A model generated the notes under the pieces. It worked only from the letters and a program-made list of their open reading frames with translations. It was not told where the DNA came from and did not search any database. Below are positions 17,073 to 26,009 of a DNA stretch of 36,230 nt, piece after piece (position 1 is the stretch's first letter; every line of letters starts with the position of its first letter). Source of the DNA: a virus. Taxonomy: Duplodnaviria > Caudoviricetes. The translations under genes and the position numbers were made by a program. The stretch is taken from IMG/VR virus record IMGVR_UViG_3300046103_003456, positions 1 to 36,230 of that record; one strand, written 5' to 3'.

Positions 17073-18128
17073 ATGGCTACAGCCACATCATACGATTTAG
17101 GAGATCGTCCGTCCGTCAGAGGCGCACGTGAATCCTTAGACAATACACTCAGACGGACAGCCGTCGAATCCACACCCCTGTTTGCAACCTTGCCACGTGG
17201 CCCAAAAGCCAAGGCAATGCTTGTCGAATGGGTGGTAGACACACTTTCCGAAGTGAGCTTTCCCGGCGTAGTTGACGGAGCGCCGTTAAACTATACTGGA
17301 GCAGCAGGCGGAGGGTTCGTTGACAAAACGACTGACCGCACTCGGTTCGGAGCAAGAATCCAACAAATCCAACGCCCTTGGGCCGTATCGCCGCAGGCTA
17401 ATGCAGTCGACGTCGCCGGACCAAACTCAACCTTGGCCGCTCAGTCGAAAGCTCGATGCCTCATCGAATTAAAGCGAGACGTCGAAGCCATGATAGGCTC
17501 GGACGTTGTCGGAGTAGCCGGATCAGGTTCGGCCGGAGACAAGTGCGCAGGACTCGGAGCATGGACTAATTCGGGAGCATCCGCTTCCACCGATCCATAC
17601 GACTCGGCGGCAAAGCAGGCTTACAAACCTTCCGCAGCTCAAGACTATGATCTTACTGGATCAGGCAGTCTTACCGAGGCTCAGTTCAGGACTATTCTTC
17701 AGGCTACCTATGAACAAGGCGGATCACGATCCGACTACAAGTTGTTCGGAGGTCCAGCCGTGCTGAATAAAATCGCCGACATGACTAGGGTCTCGGCCAG
17801 TTCGACCGGATACGGGTTCCAGCTTACTCAAGACGTCGGAGACGGTGTATTGAAATTGCAGGTTCAAGAGTATCTATCCGACTGGGGTCGAATCTTCATC
17901 GTTCCGACCTTACTGGCAGGACGTTCATCGGGCGGATCATTGGGAGCGGCCAGCCGCAACAGAGCCTACTTGATACCCGGTGACGGAGCCGTTCAAATTC
18001 GCTTCCTTGAGGAACTGAAGACCATCGATCTTGAAGATACCGATGGCGGAGGTGCGCGTGGATTAGCCAGAACGATGTGTACGATCACACCCACAGCCGC
18101 AGGTCTTCCTCTGGCTCGGATCGTCTAA
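17073..18128 (+). CDS. Major capsid protein (DUF5309/SU10-like)
   Basis: RESL...STPLF...KAKAMLVEWVVDTL, ELKRDVEAMI, YLSDWGRIFIVP; CAGGAG RBS; 351 aa. Confidence 0.88.
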   Translation: MATATSYDLGDRPSVRGARESLDNTLRRTAVESTPLFATLPRGPKAKAMLVEWVVDTLSEVSFPGVVDGAPLNYTGAAGGGFVDKTTDRTRFGARIQQIQRPWAVSPQANAVDVAGPNSTLAAQSKARCLIELKRDVEAMIGSDVVGVAGSGSAGDKCAGLGAWTNSGASASTDPYDSAAKQAYKPSAAQDYDLTGSGSLTEAQFRTILQATYEQGGSRSDYKLFGGPAVLNKIADMTRVSASSTGYGFQLTQDVGDGVLKLQVQEYLSDWGRIFIVPTLLAGRSSGGSLGAASRNRAYLIPGDGAVQIRFLEELKTIDLEDTDGGGARGLARTMCTITPTAAGLPLARIV

Positions 18129-18143
18129 ACTTTAACTTAACCT

Positions 18144-18193
18144 GTCTCATTTTTGAGACGAGAGGGCCGATTTCGGGGGAGATCGGTCCTCTC
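18144..18193 (+). terminator. Two tandem hairpins after MCP (terminator/mRNA-stabilising)
   Basis: GTCTCA-TTTT-TGAGAC then GAGAGGGCCGATTTC-GGGG-GAGATCGGTCCTCTC; weak U-tract. Confidence 0.6.
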
Positions 18194-18209
18194 ACCTATT
18201 TAAAAGTCC

Positions 18210-18515
18210 ATGAACATCATCATCAAAAAAGGGGAAAACAAGATTTCCGACAACCAGCTCAACGACATGATGGCGCAGGAAAACGAACGCGCCGCCATCC
18301 GTGAGAAAGCGACTTATGAAAAGCGACAGCGACAAGTAGCCAAGTCAGCCGAGCATCTGAAAGGGGCCGGTGGCAAACACCTCAAACCCGTTGGAGCAAT
18401 CGACGCCAGAACGTTCCTTAGATGGGAGCAACAAGAACCGGGCTGCTGGGGCGACGACAGCTTCCGTGACAAGTACTACAAAGACAATCCGGACGCCAGG
18501 ATCCAAAACGATTAA
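18210..18515 (+). CDS. Hypothetical phage protein after MCP
   Basis: 101 aa; TAATG-coupled to the next gene; PVGAID...W...D..F...Y.KDNP. Confidence 0.75.
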   Translation: MNIIIKKGENKISDNQLNDMMAQENERAAIREKATYEKRQRQVAKSAEHLKGAGGKHLKPVGAIDARTFLRWEQQEPGCWGDDSFRDKYYKDNPDARIQND

Positions 18516-19138
18516 TGCGGACGGTAACGTACTCTACCCTGAAGGACCGTTTTGCTTCGGCAATCGGGGTAGACACCTTGCTTACCGAGGAAGAGAATGC
18601 TTTTAAACGTTCTCTGAATGATCGGGTAAAGGGAGCATGGACCAGAGCAAAATGGCCCGACCTGCTCAACCTTGAAGCCATGACCGTTGCCGCAGTAAGC
18701 GGCCTGGCCGACAAAGCCGTCAGGATCGACAACAACGACAACCTCTTGGACGTATACTCCGTTTGGGACAAAATCCCTTGGGAGAACGAAACAGCCAGCA
18801 GGATCGAGCATACTCTGATCAACGGCTACCTAGTCCTCCCGGCAGACACTTCGGAAACAACGGTCTACGTACTTTCGAGCCAAGTCCCCGCCGACGACTA
18901 CGGAACGACTACGGACCTACCTGCATTTCTCGAAAGGCATCTTCTGGCGGCATCCATAGCAGACTTTTACCGAGCTGACGGCATGAACGAAAAAGCAGCC
19001 GTCGAAGAGGCTAGGGCGGAAGAATACATCCTTCAAGAACTGGACCGGGTGGAACGACTTCAATCTCAAAACTCAATCAATATGAACCAACATCAGGTCC
19101 CTTGGCCATCCAACACAATCAAATCCATAACCATATGA
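18515..19138 (+). CDS. Putative head-tail adaptor (tail tubular protein A / P22 gp4 equivalent)
   Basis: 207 aa; helical ends, W...KWP and LPAFL motifs; position in the operon. Confidence 0.6.
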   Translation: MRTVTYSTLKDRFASAIGVDTLLTEEENAFKRSLNDRVKGAWTRAKWPDLLNLEAMTVAAVSGLADKAVRIDNNDNLLDVYSVWDKIPWENETASRIEHTLINGYLVLPADTSETTVYVLSSQVPADDYGTTTDLPAFLERHLLAASIADFYRADGMNEKAAVEEARAEEYILQELDRVERLQSQNSINMNQHQVPWPSNTIKSITI

Positions 19139-19401
19139 GCGGACAAACCAACGTACGAAACCTAGACGGAAGCCAAGGAAGCAAATATGCTTCAGGAACA
19201 GGTCCACACACCGGCGATTTTTTCGCCATTCAGTTTATTGCCGATTCTATAATATCAGCAATAACAGCTCCACAAACCGACAATGCCTCTACTCTCGTTT
19301 CCGATGCAGTGGCTTTTGCCAAAGGCGACGTTCTTTACCTTCCGTTCACCAGCATCACTTTTTCAGCAGCAGCGGCCAAAGCGATTCTCTATAAGAAATA
19401 A
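19135..19401 (+). CDS. Small beta-rich virion protein
   Basis: ATGA overlap at 19135; 88 aa MSGQTNVRNLDG...FTSITF...AILYKK. Confidence 0.65.
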   Translation: MSGQTNVRNLDGSQGSKYASGTGPHTGDFFAIQFIADSIISAITAPQTDNASTLVSDAVAFAKGDVLYLPFTSITFSAAAAKAILYKK

Positions 19402-20414
19402 TGCCCATAGCAGGCATAGCTCAAGGTCTCGGCTTTGGTGGCGGCACTTCAGCCACGATTAGCGGCGCACCTCCTTTGGGAGGAACGGAACGAATCCCTG
19501 ACGGCACCTTCGGAGCCGTCTCGCCCGTCACGATCAATTCAGGGGCCGTCAACAGAAAGGTCCGAGTTTTGGGGACCTTCGCATCGTCACACGGCCTAGG
19601 GAACATAACTACTGGAACAATCCTGACGATTCACAATGTCAACCTCTCCACGAACTTCGGCATCCGTCTCATTCAAGACAACTCGACGCCGTACTGCTAC
19701 GTGAACGTGTCGGGCTACCCTTACGCCGCAGGACTCACCCCTTCATTGACGGCCCCATATCTCTACGACTCGGCAGCCAATAAGTATGTGGCGTCAGGAG
19801 TCGGGACGGTGGAGTTTGTTGGCACTCCGCAGAACTGGACACTTTTGGACAACGGGCAGGCGGGGTCGGGAGTCGGGTACCCCATCGACTACTACACAGA
19901 CGGACGCTCCGTGCCTAACGGAGTCATGCAGAGCGGCGTCAAATCCGACCGCTGGGGTGGAAGGATGGCCTACGTAACTTCGACGGTTGCCGGAAACAAG
20001 ATGCGCGGGACAGGCTGGGAGATAGCGGACTTGGCTCCAACTAATTGGACTCTTTCCAGTGGTTACAGCGACTACAACTCTTTGGTGGCAGGGAATGGTT
20101 TGGCCAAAGCGGCCAACATCCAAGGCCCCACCACAACTTATACTTTCAGTTCCCCCCTTGCATCCGGAACTTACAGCGTAGGGGTAACTCGCGGAGATTC
20201 CGGGTCGAATACTCTAAAAGTCGAAACCGTGGGGCCAAGCGGGGATATGAACGTGACTTGGAGAGGGGGTTCCACCAATGGTCAAACCATTCACTACAAC
20301 AACGTCGTTCCGTCGGATACAATATCTTTCACTTCCACTAGCCCCGTTCACGGCTTTCGGGTCAACTTGTCGACAGACGGTCAAATAGTCACAGGAGTCT
20401 CAGTTGTCGGATGA
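19401..20414 (+). CDS. G/S/T-rich virion protein, possible fibre/receptor-binding or decoration protein
   Basis: 337 aa; beta-rich composition; coupled on both sides. Confidence 0.55.
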   Translation: MPIAGIAQGLGFGGGTSATISGAPPLGGTERIPDGTFGAVSPVTINSGAVNRKVRVLGTFASSHGLGNITTGTILTIHNVNLSTNFGIRLIQDNSTPYCYVNVSGYPYAAGLTPSLTAPYLYDSAANKYVASGVGTVEFVGTPQNWTLLDNGQAGSGVGYPIDYYTDGRSVPNGVMQSGVKSDRWGGRMAYVTSTVAGNKMRGTGWEIADLAPTNWTLSSGYSDYNSLVAGNGLAKAANIQGPTTTYTFSSPLASGTYSVGVTRGDSGSNTLKVETVGPSGDMNVTWRGGSTNGQTIHYNNVVPSDTISFTSTSPVHGFRVNLSTDGQIVTGVSVVG

Positions 20415-20851
20415 CCTACTTCTTCACTATACTTCTCCTGTTTACAGGATGCTCCATGAAGCAATGGTATCCAACCCTCGGCGCAACGGCGGCGGGAGCG
20501 GCGGGAGCCGCCTTTGGTGGTGGTCCGTTGCTAGTCGGCCTCGCGGCAGGAGGGGGAGCAATGGCAGGCGAGGTTGCACGGGGCAATGCCGAGGTCAAGG
20601 AGGCTAAAGACACACTCCGCGCAATCACAGAAGGAGATGTCTCAGCGATAGTCCAAAAAGGTTTAAAATCTCACCAATCAGGATTCGAGGAGTTCACTTC
20701 GACCATCAAGAAAATCCTAATGGTCGCTGCATGTTTTCTCGGACTGTACTTGATGGTTCCGATCTTCGTCGCTCGCCAATGCTCCAAAACGGAAGCCGAG
20801 AAACTCACCCGAGTTCCCTTCGCAACCAAAACTACCGGAAGGAACAAATGA
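20411..20851 (+). CDS. Lipoprotein with glycine zipper and C-terminal TM helix (unimolecular-spanin-like)
   Basis: MTYFFTILLLFTGC lipobox, GAxxGAxxGA zipper, ILMVAACFLGLYLMVPIFVA TM, basic tail. Confidence 0.55.
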   Translation: MTYFFTILLLFTGCSMKQWYPTLGATAAGAAGAAFGGGPLLVGLAAGGGAMAGEVARGNAEVKEAKDTLRAITEGDVSAIVQKGLKSHQSGFEEFTSTIKKILMVAACFLGLYLMVPIFVARQCSKTEAEKLTRVPFATKTTGRNK

Positions 20852-21080
20852 AGAATCTAATCAGGGTAGAAGGCGTCGGTGAACAGCCATACACAACACG
20901 CGATTGGGCCAAAGATAAGGATAAAAAGGGCCATGATGCCAACGATCCGGATGACTTCTTGCACCCATCCTCTTGGTTTCGGACAGAAGAAAAAGTCATC
21001 TACACTTCTCTTCGGTTTATCCTGCATAAATTCAATTTTTTACGCCCAATAATTTAATGCAAGCCAAATGAAGAATCTAA
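20845..21080. repeat. 16-bp direct repeat flanking a 220-bp insertion
   Basis: CAAATGAAGAATCTAA at 20845-20860 and 21065-21080. Confidence 0.85.
20857..21027 (-). CDS. 56-aa single-TM accessory protein (not in the ORF track)
   Basis: MQDKPKRSVDDFFFCPKPRGWVQEVIRIVGIMALFILIFGPIACCVWLFTDAFYPD*; fills the insertion; AT-rich upstream with TTGCAT. Confidence 0.65.
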   Translation of the reverse strand: MQDKPKRSVDDFFFCPKPRGWVQEVIRIVGIMALFILIFGPIACCVWLFTDAFYPD

Positions 21081-21184
21081 AGCTGATCAAAAGCTACTAC
21101 CTTGGCCTTTCCCATCGGGGAAAGGCGTTATGCATACTGGCGGGAATCGTCGTAGTAATCGGAATCCTCGAACTACTCAAATGA
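21068..21184 (+). CDS. 38-aa single-TM protein (not in the ORF track), possible lysis accessory
   Basis: MKNLKLIKSYYLGLSHRGKALCILAGIVVVIGILELLK*; ATGA-coupled to the next gene. Confidence 0.65.
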   Translation: MKNLKLIKSYYLGLSHRGKALCILAGIVVVIGILELLK

Positions 21185-21327
21185 TCGACAGGGTTTCATT
21201 GACGGGAGCAGGCGGCACTTTGGCCACCATTGGCATCGGCCAAGTCAACTCCGTGGTAGGAATCATCGTGGGCGTTCTGACCTGCGTCTACCTCATCATC
21301 AAAATCGCTCAACTAATCGGGAAATGA
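21181..21327 (+). CDS. 48-aa holin-like membrane protein
   Basis: MIDRVSLTGAGGTLATIGIGQVNSVVGIIVGVLTCVYLIIKIAQLIGK; ATGA overlaps at both ends. Confidence 0.6.
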   Translation: MIDRVSLTGAGGTLATIGIGQVNSVVGIIVGVLTCVYLIIKIAQLIGK

Positions 21328-23012
21328 CCCAATACCGCACATACGGAAAGCTCGACGATCAACCTGTCGTAGACGGAGATCGGGCTTTCTTGGGGTTCGG
21401 TTCCTTCAGGGATGCGGCAAGTGTTCCCGAAAACTATTTATCCGAGTCGGAGAATCTTCGTCTCGAAAACAATACCGCAACCGTGAGAAAAGGTCTAAAA
21501 AGACTGACCTCTGATTCGACTGTCCTCGGAGCCACTGTTCTTGCCAGCACCTTTTATCGAGACCCAAATGGCGGGACCGAGTACGTCGTACTGGCCTGCT
21601 CGGACAGAGCATACTTCGTTAACCCTGCGGATGGATCGAAGAAAACAATCCTTTATTCAGGTGGGCAGACGGCAGCAGCAGGATGCTCAATCATGCAGGC
21701 ATTTCATTCTCTGTATCTGTGGAGGACAGCCTCACCCAGTTTGCCGTTCACGTTAAGCGCAACACTTGGCGAATATCCTTTGATATTCGACGGTGAAGGC
21801 TTATCCGCCGAGACAGGTACTTTCGACAAACCAGCAGAAACCTCAACCATACCTCCGGCCACCTTTGCGGTCTATGCATCCAACCGTCTTTGCGTTGGAG
21901 TTGGCAGGGATCAAATCCGCTTTTCAATGATCCTTGATCCGGGGACTTTTCAAGAACAAGACCGAGTTGAAATCGATCCGGGTAATTCCGATTCGATTCA
22001 AAGCCTGACGGGTTTGGACGGTGCTGCTCTTTTAGTAGGAAAGAGGAGAGGACTTCACGTCCTCACTTCCATCAACGATCTTGAAGGCAACGATTACGTT
22101 CAGAGCGAGGTAACCCGACAATTCGGAGTAGTCGCCAGAAACACGGTCAAGCAAGTTGGAGGGTTGCTCTTCCTACTGTCCGACTCAGGAGTTTATTCCG
22201 TTAACGTCGGAGTTCGAGGAACCAGTAAAGTCGGCACACCTTTGGCTTATCTGCAAATAACCGATGACCCGATCTCAGCCGATATCGAGGACGTCATCGA
22301 CACCATCAATTTCACAGTCGCAGCCGGTGAAGTGAGCAACATTGCTCCCGCTTGCGCGACAGTAGCGGACAACCGCTTCTTCCTGGCAGTTCCGACCTCA
22401 AACGCCGATCACGATGCAGCCGGTAAGTCGAATGATCGAATACTGGTCTACAACATCGTACTCAATAGCTGGGAGAGCGTCGATACGTTGCCGTCCGGGG
22501 TTTACGTAAACGATCTGGTTCGGATCATTTACAACGACAGACTCCGTGTAGCTGCCGTTTGCGATTCGGGTAAAATCCTACTTCTAGACGAAAACGAAAC
22601 TGGAACCGACGAATACGGTAACGGAGTTTCAGCTTCCACTACCGCAGTCGATGCAAAAGCCGTAACCAGACTCTACCGAGGCAAGACGACCTCCTTAACT
22701 TCCGTAGGCAATGAGTGGAAGAACCTGAAGAGGTTCAAATCCGTACAGATCGGCTCTTCCAGCAAAACTACCTCGTCAACTAAAATCAGGATTTTGGCTC
22801 AAACTAGAGAACCTGACTCAGGACCTACCGAGTTGGATGAATTTACCACCACTGCCGTTGAAGAAGACCTGCGAAGACTCGGAGTCAGAAAGCGAGGCAA
22901 CGGCATTCAAATCACCATCGACAACGGGTCCACCCCGGCAGGCCGATGGGAACTTAGAGACATTTCAATAGAGGCTCACGAAGGGTCTCGCCAAAGAAGG
23001 AACTATTCATAA
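21324..23012 (+). CDS. Tail nozzle / stabilisation protein (P22 gp10 / tubular protein B-like)
   Basis: 562 aa beta-propeller-like; SENLRL...VRKG, GVVARNTV...LFLLSDSGVY, ILVYN....WES. Confidence 0.75.
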   Translation: MTQYRTYGKLDDQPVVDGDRAFLGFGSFRDAASVPENYLSESENLRLENNTATVRKGLKRLTSDSTVLGATVLASTFYRDPNGGTEYVVLACSDRAYFVNPADGSKKTILYSGGQTAAAGCSIMQAFHSLYLWRTASPSLPFTLSATLGEYPLIFDGEGLSAETGTFDKPAETSTIPPATFAVYASNRLCVGVGRDQIRFSMILDPGTFQEQDRVEIDPGNSDSIQSLTGLDGAALLVGKRRGLHVLTSINDLEGNDYVQSEVTRQFGVVARNTVKQVGGLLFLLSDSGVYSVNVGVRGTSKVGTPLAYLQITDDPISADIEDVIDTINFTVAAGEVSNIAPACATVADNRFFLAVPTSNADHDAAGKSNDRILVYNIVLNSWESVDTLPSGVYVNDLVRIIYNDRLRVAAVCDSGKILLLDENETGTDEYGNGVSASTTAVDAKAVTRLYRGKTTSLTSVGNEWKNLKRFKSVQIGSSSKTTSSTKIRILAQTREPDSGPTELDEFTTTAVEEDLRRLGVRKRGNGIQITIDNGSTPAGRWELRDISIEAHEGSRQRRNYS

Positions 23013-24430
23013 TGGGACAACTATCCAAAGGAACGACTTTTGCAAGTGGCGGGACAGTCACTCACACCAACCTTAACAATCTTGTAGACAACGCCACTCT
23101 GGGAACTTCGGAATCCACAGGCGCAATCGGCGGACAAACGGAAGAGGCAGCAATCGCCAACGACGACTTTGTCTTGGTTCAGGACGTTAGTGGAACCGAT
23201 ATCCTTCGCAAGGCAACGGTATCGAATCTATTCGGCGGCACGGGAGTTGTCCAAACTAGCGACAACACGGCAGTCGGCTCGGAAGCGTTGGACAGTTTGA
23301 CGTCCGGAGTAAATAATACGGCGGTTGGCCGACAAGCTTTGACTACGGCTACCGATTCGTCGAATAACGTGGCAGTTGGCCATCAAGCGGCCTATGCCAC
23401 GGCAGCAGCGGCCAACGACAATGTTTTCATCGGCTATCAGTCCGCCTATTCCAACGGCAACGGAGACGATTCCGTTATCATAGGTTCGGGAGCAGGCAAA
23501 GAATGCGCTCTGATCGACAAGTGCGTAGCTATCGGCAAAGGGGCTATGCAGGAGACGACAACACTGATGTCGCAGAACGTTGCGATAGGGTACGAGGCAT
23601 TGAAAAACGCCGAGAGTCCATCTGCTGGTAGCGAGGGAAACAACAACGTAGCAATCGGGATGTCAGCCCTCACCACAAACACCACAGGCTCTTCATCCAC
23701 TGCTGTTGGTTGGGGGGCATTGGCCAACCAAACTACTCCGGGCGTAAATACCGGTTTAGGGTATGCCGCCGGGCTGGCGACGACGACAGCTACGGATAAC
23801 ACTTCAGTGGGCTATCAAGCCGGGGCTTCCAATCTAACCGGCGACGACAACACTTTCATCGGCGACTTCGCCGGCTTTTACGTGACAGCGGCCCAGAATA
23901 CTGCCATAGGCTCTGCGGCTAATACTGCCTCCGGCGCGGCAGGCTACACTAACACAACTTCTCTAGGCTATGCTACTGGCCCGACTGCCTCAAACCAAGT
24001 CCGACTGGGCAACGCCTCGGTCTCCAGTCTTCACTGTCAAGTAGGTCTAACCGTTGACTCGGACGAACGAGTCAAGACAGACGTCAAAACAAGTAACGTC
24101 GGCTTGAATTTCATCAAAGCCTTAAGGTCCGTATCGTTTAAGAAACTGAATCCCTTCAACTGGCCAAACCAGTTGAAGGAATCACGATTCCTTCGGGATG
24201 GGTCCGACAAACCTTCCGACCTGAAACCCGACGACGATCCGAATGTCTATACGGGTTTCATAGCTCAAGAGATAAAAGAAGTTTTAGACGCCCAAGGCAT
24301 AACCGAATGGGACGGCTGGAGAGAAGGGGACAACGGAATGCAGAGTCTGACCATGACGGCATTTATCCCTGCACTGATCAAATCCGTCCAAGAATTGTCG
24401 GCTAGAGTGGAGGAACTGGAGTCTCAATAA
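23012..24430 (+). CDS. Tail fibre with NTAVG-type repeats and C-terminal peptidase S74 chaperone
   Basis: Many 14-aa N(T/V)A(V/I)G..A repeats; SDERVKTDV, GLNFIKALRSV, GFIAQE, LIKSVQELSARVEELE. Confidence 0.88.
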   Translation: MGQLSKGTTFASGGTVTHTNLNNLVDNATLGTSESTGAIGGQTEEAAIANDDFVLVQDVSGTDILRKATVSNLFGGTGVVQTSDNTAVGSEALDSLTSGVNNTAVGRQALTTATDSSNNVAVGHQAAYATAAAANDNVFIGYQSAYSNGNGDDSVIIGSGAGKECALIDKCVAIGKGAMQETTTLMSQNVAIGYEALKNAESPSAGSEGNNNVAIGMSALTTNTTGSSSTAVGWGALANQTTPGVNTGLGYAAGLATTTATDNTSVGYQAGASNLTGDDNTFIGDFAGFYVTAAQNTAIGSAANTASGAAGYTNTTSLGYATGPTASNQVRLGNASVSSLHCQVGLTVDSDERVKTDVKTSNVGLNFIKALRSVSFKKLNPFNWPNQLKESRFLRDGSDKPSDLKPDDDPNVYTGFIAQEIKEVLDAQGITEWDGWREGDNGMQSLTMTAFIPALIKSVQELSARVEELESQ

Positions 24431-25998
24431 TGTCCACCGAGTTCGATCATCAAGCCTTGGTAAACGTCTTCGGGACAGGGGCCGGGGAAAGCGGAGGTTC
24501 ACCAAAATCCTCTGCATTGGCATCTATCTTCGATTTGATTAGCGCCAATCGGCTTAATAAAAGTTCTAATTCTTTGCGAGGAGCCGAAACCATTCCCGAA
24601 TTAAGATCGGCTATCGGAGAAGGGAAAAAAGCGCAGGAGTTCAGCCAAGGAGTAGGTAAAGCAGTCCAAGCCTCTGAAGTCGCAGGAGGACTGAAAGCCA
24701 TTTCCAACGTCACTGGCGGCAACATACCTAATGCCGGCCAAGCAACCGTATCTGCGGCAACCAGTATGTATCCCCCTCTCGGCATGGCTTCAATGGCCGG
24801 AGACTTGGTCAATAAAGTGACTCCCGGTAACTTCGATCCAATCAACAAAACTTTGGCGAGAACTGGAGACCTTATAAACCAACTTCCCGGCGCAGCCTCC
24901 TTCAACCAATTTGCCACAGACATCGGTCAGGGCATAAAATCAATACCCGGCATGGAGACCGTTAGTAACGTGACGGGAGGGCTTTCAAAGTTTCCAGATG
25001 AAATTCTGGATGTTCCAAGTAAAATCTATCGAAGTTTTCGAGACGCCGACAAAAACGAAGCGACTAGCCGAGATGCCGCTTTAACCAAACTTTTCACGCA
25101 GGAAATCGACGGCAGGCTTTACATTTCACGGCCCACAACAAGACTGGACGAAAAAGTTGTCGGTGTGGACCTGCCCGGAAATGTGAACTCGGCGGGAGTA
25201 GGCAGTTATTCCAACCGATACAGTTTCCCTGCGGACGAGGGAAAAACCACGCAACAACTTTTTGAGGAATTTCAAAACAGCGAAACTTATAAAGGTTTAA
25301 TCGGCGAAAAACGAGGGCTTCGGACGTTAGCCGTGCAGGCCAAAGAAGATGCCGCCGCCGCCGAATCGAGGAGTGCCGCAGTCAGCGAGCTGTCTGACCC
25401 GATAGTAAATGTTCAACCAGTAGCCACTCATGCCGATCTCGGCATGGGAACGCATTATTCGGATGAATACGGAGTCTGGGACGTGGAGACAGGCGAAGCG
25501 TTCGAGACGGACCTTTTCGACCCAGCCCCCGGATATCCGATTAAAGAACCAATTCCATTCGAGGCTCCAACCGCTCCAACCGCCGACCCCTACCAACCAC
25601 CAAAACCCCGCCAAGCCGTTGAAACTGCCCCGAGAATCCTGCCGGTCGAACGCCCCCCATTGGACAGAGAGTTTAGCTTTGCCGACTGGTTTGCCAGCGA
25701 TCCAGCAGCGGGAGAATGGAGGTATTCCCCCAGCAGGAAAGAGATGATGCCAGTCTCACAGGACTCGGCCCCGAAGACGCAAGACTTGTCGCGGTATGAA
25801 ATGCTAGTAAAACAGGAAGCTGACCGGAAAGCCGAACGGAATCATACGATTGCCTCCAACGGCTACGCCGCTCCGGGGATGGGATGGAATTTCAACTCAA
25901 GTCCCTATAACGCCGGACTCGCCTCGAATATGCCAACCAATCCACAAACCCGCCGTTTGCCAGAACTTACCACCGGCAGACACTCTTCAAGCTACTAA
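24430..25998 (+). CDS. Putative internal virion / DNA ejection protein
   Basis: 522 aa; G/A-rich N-terminal half, Pro-rich C-terminal half; position after the fibre. Confidence 0.55.
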   Translation: MSTEFDHQALVNVFGTGAGESGGSPKSSALASIFDLISANRLNKSSNSLRGAETIPELRSAIGEGKKAQEFSQGVGKAVQASEVAGGLKAISNVTGGNIPNAGQATVSAATSMYPPLGMASMAGDLVNKVTPGNFDPINKTLARTGDLINQLPGAASFNQFATDIGQGIKSIPGMETVSNVTGGLSKFPDEILDVPSKIYRSFRDADKNEATSRDAALTKLFTQEIDGRLYISRPTTRLDEKVVGVDLPGNVNSAGVGSYSNRYSFPADEGKTTQQLFEEFQNSETYKGLIGEKRGLRTLAVQAKEDAAAAESRSAAVSELSDPIVNVQPVATHADLGMGTHYSDEYGVWDVETGEAFETDLFDPAPGYPIKEPIPFEAPTAPTADPYQPPKPRQAVETAPRILPVERPPLDREFSFADWFASDPAAGEWRYSPSRKEMMPVSQDSAPKTQDLSRYEMLVKQEADRKAERNHTIASNGYAAPGMGWNFNSSPYNAGLASNMPTNPQTRRLPELTTGRHSSSY

Positions 25999-26009
25999 AG
26001 GATAAAAAC

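Noticed and set aside
20731-21057. Plus-strand 108-aa ORF (69 aa from ATG 20848) as a real gene
   Set aside because: Its start is the duplicated MKNL of the 38-aa gene, and the rest reads as the antisense of a cleaner TM peptide; translation by coupling cannot be fully excluded.
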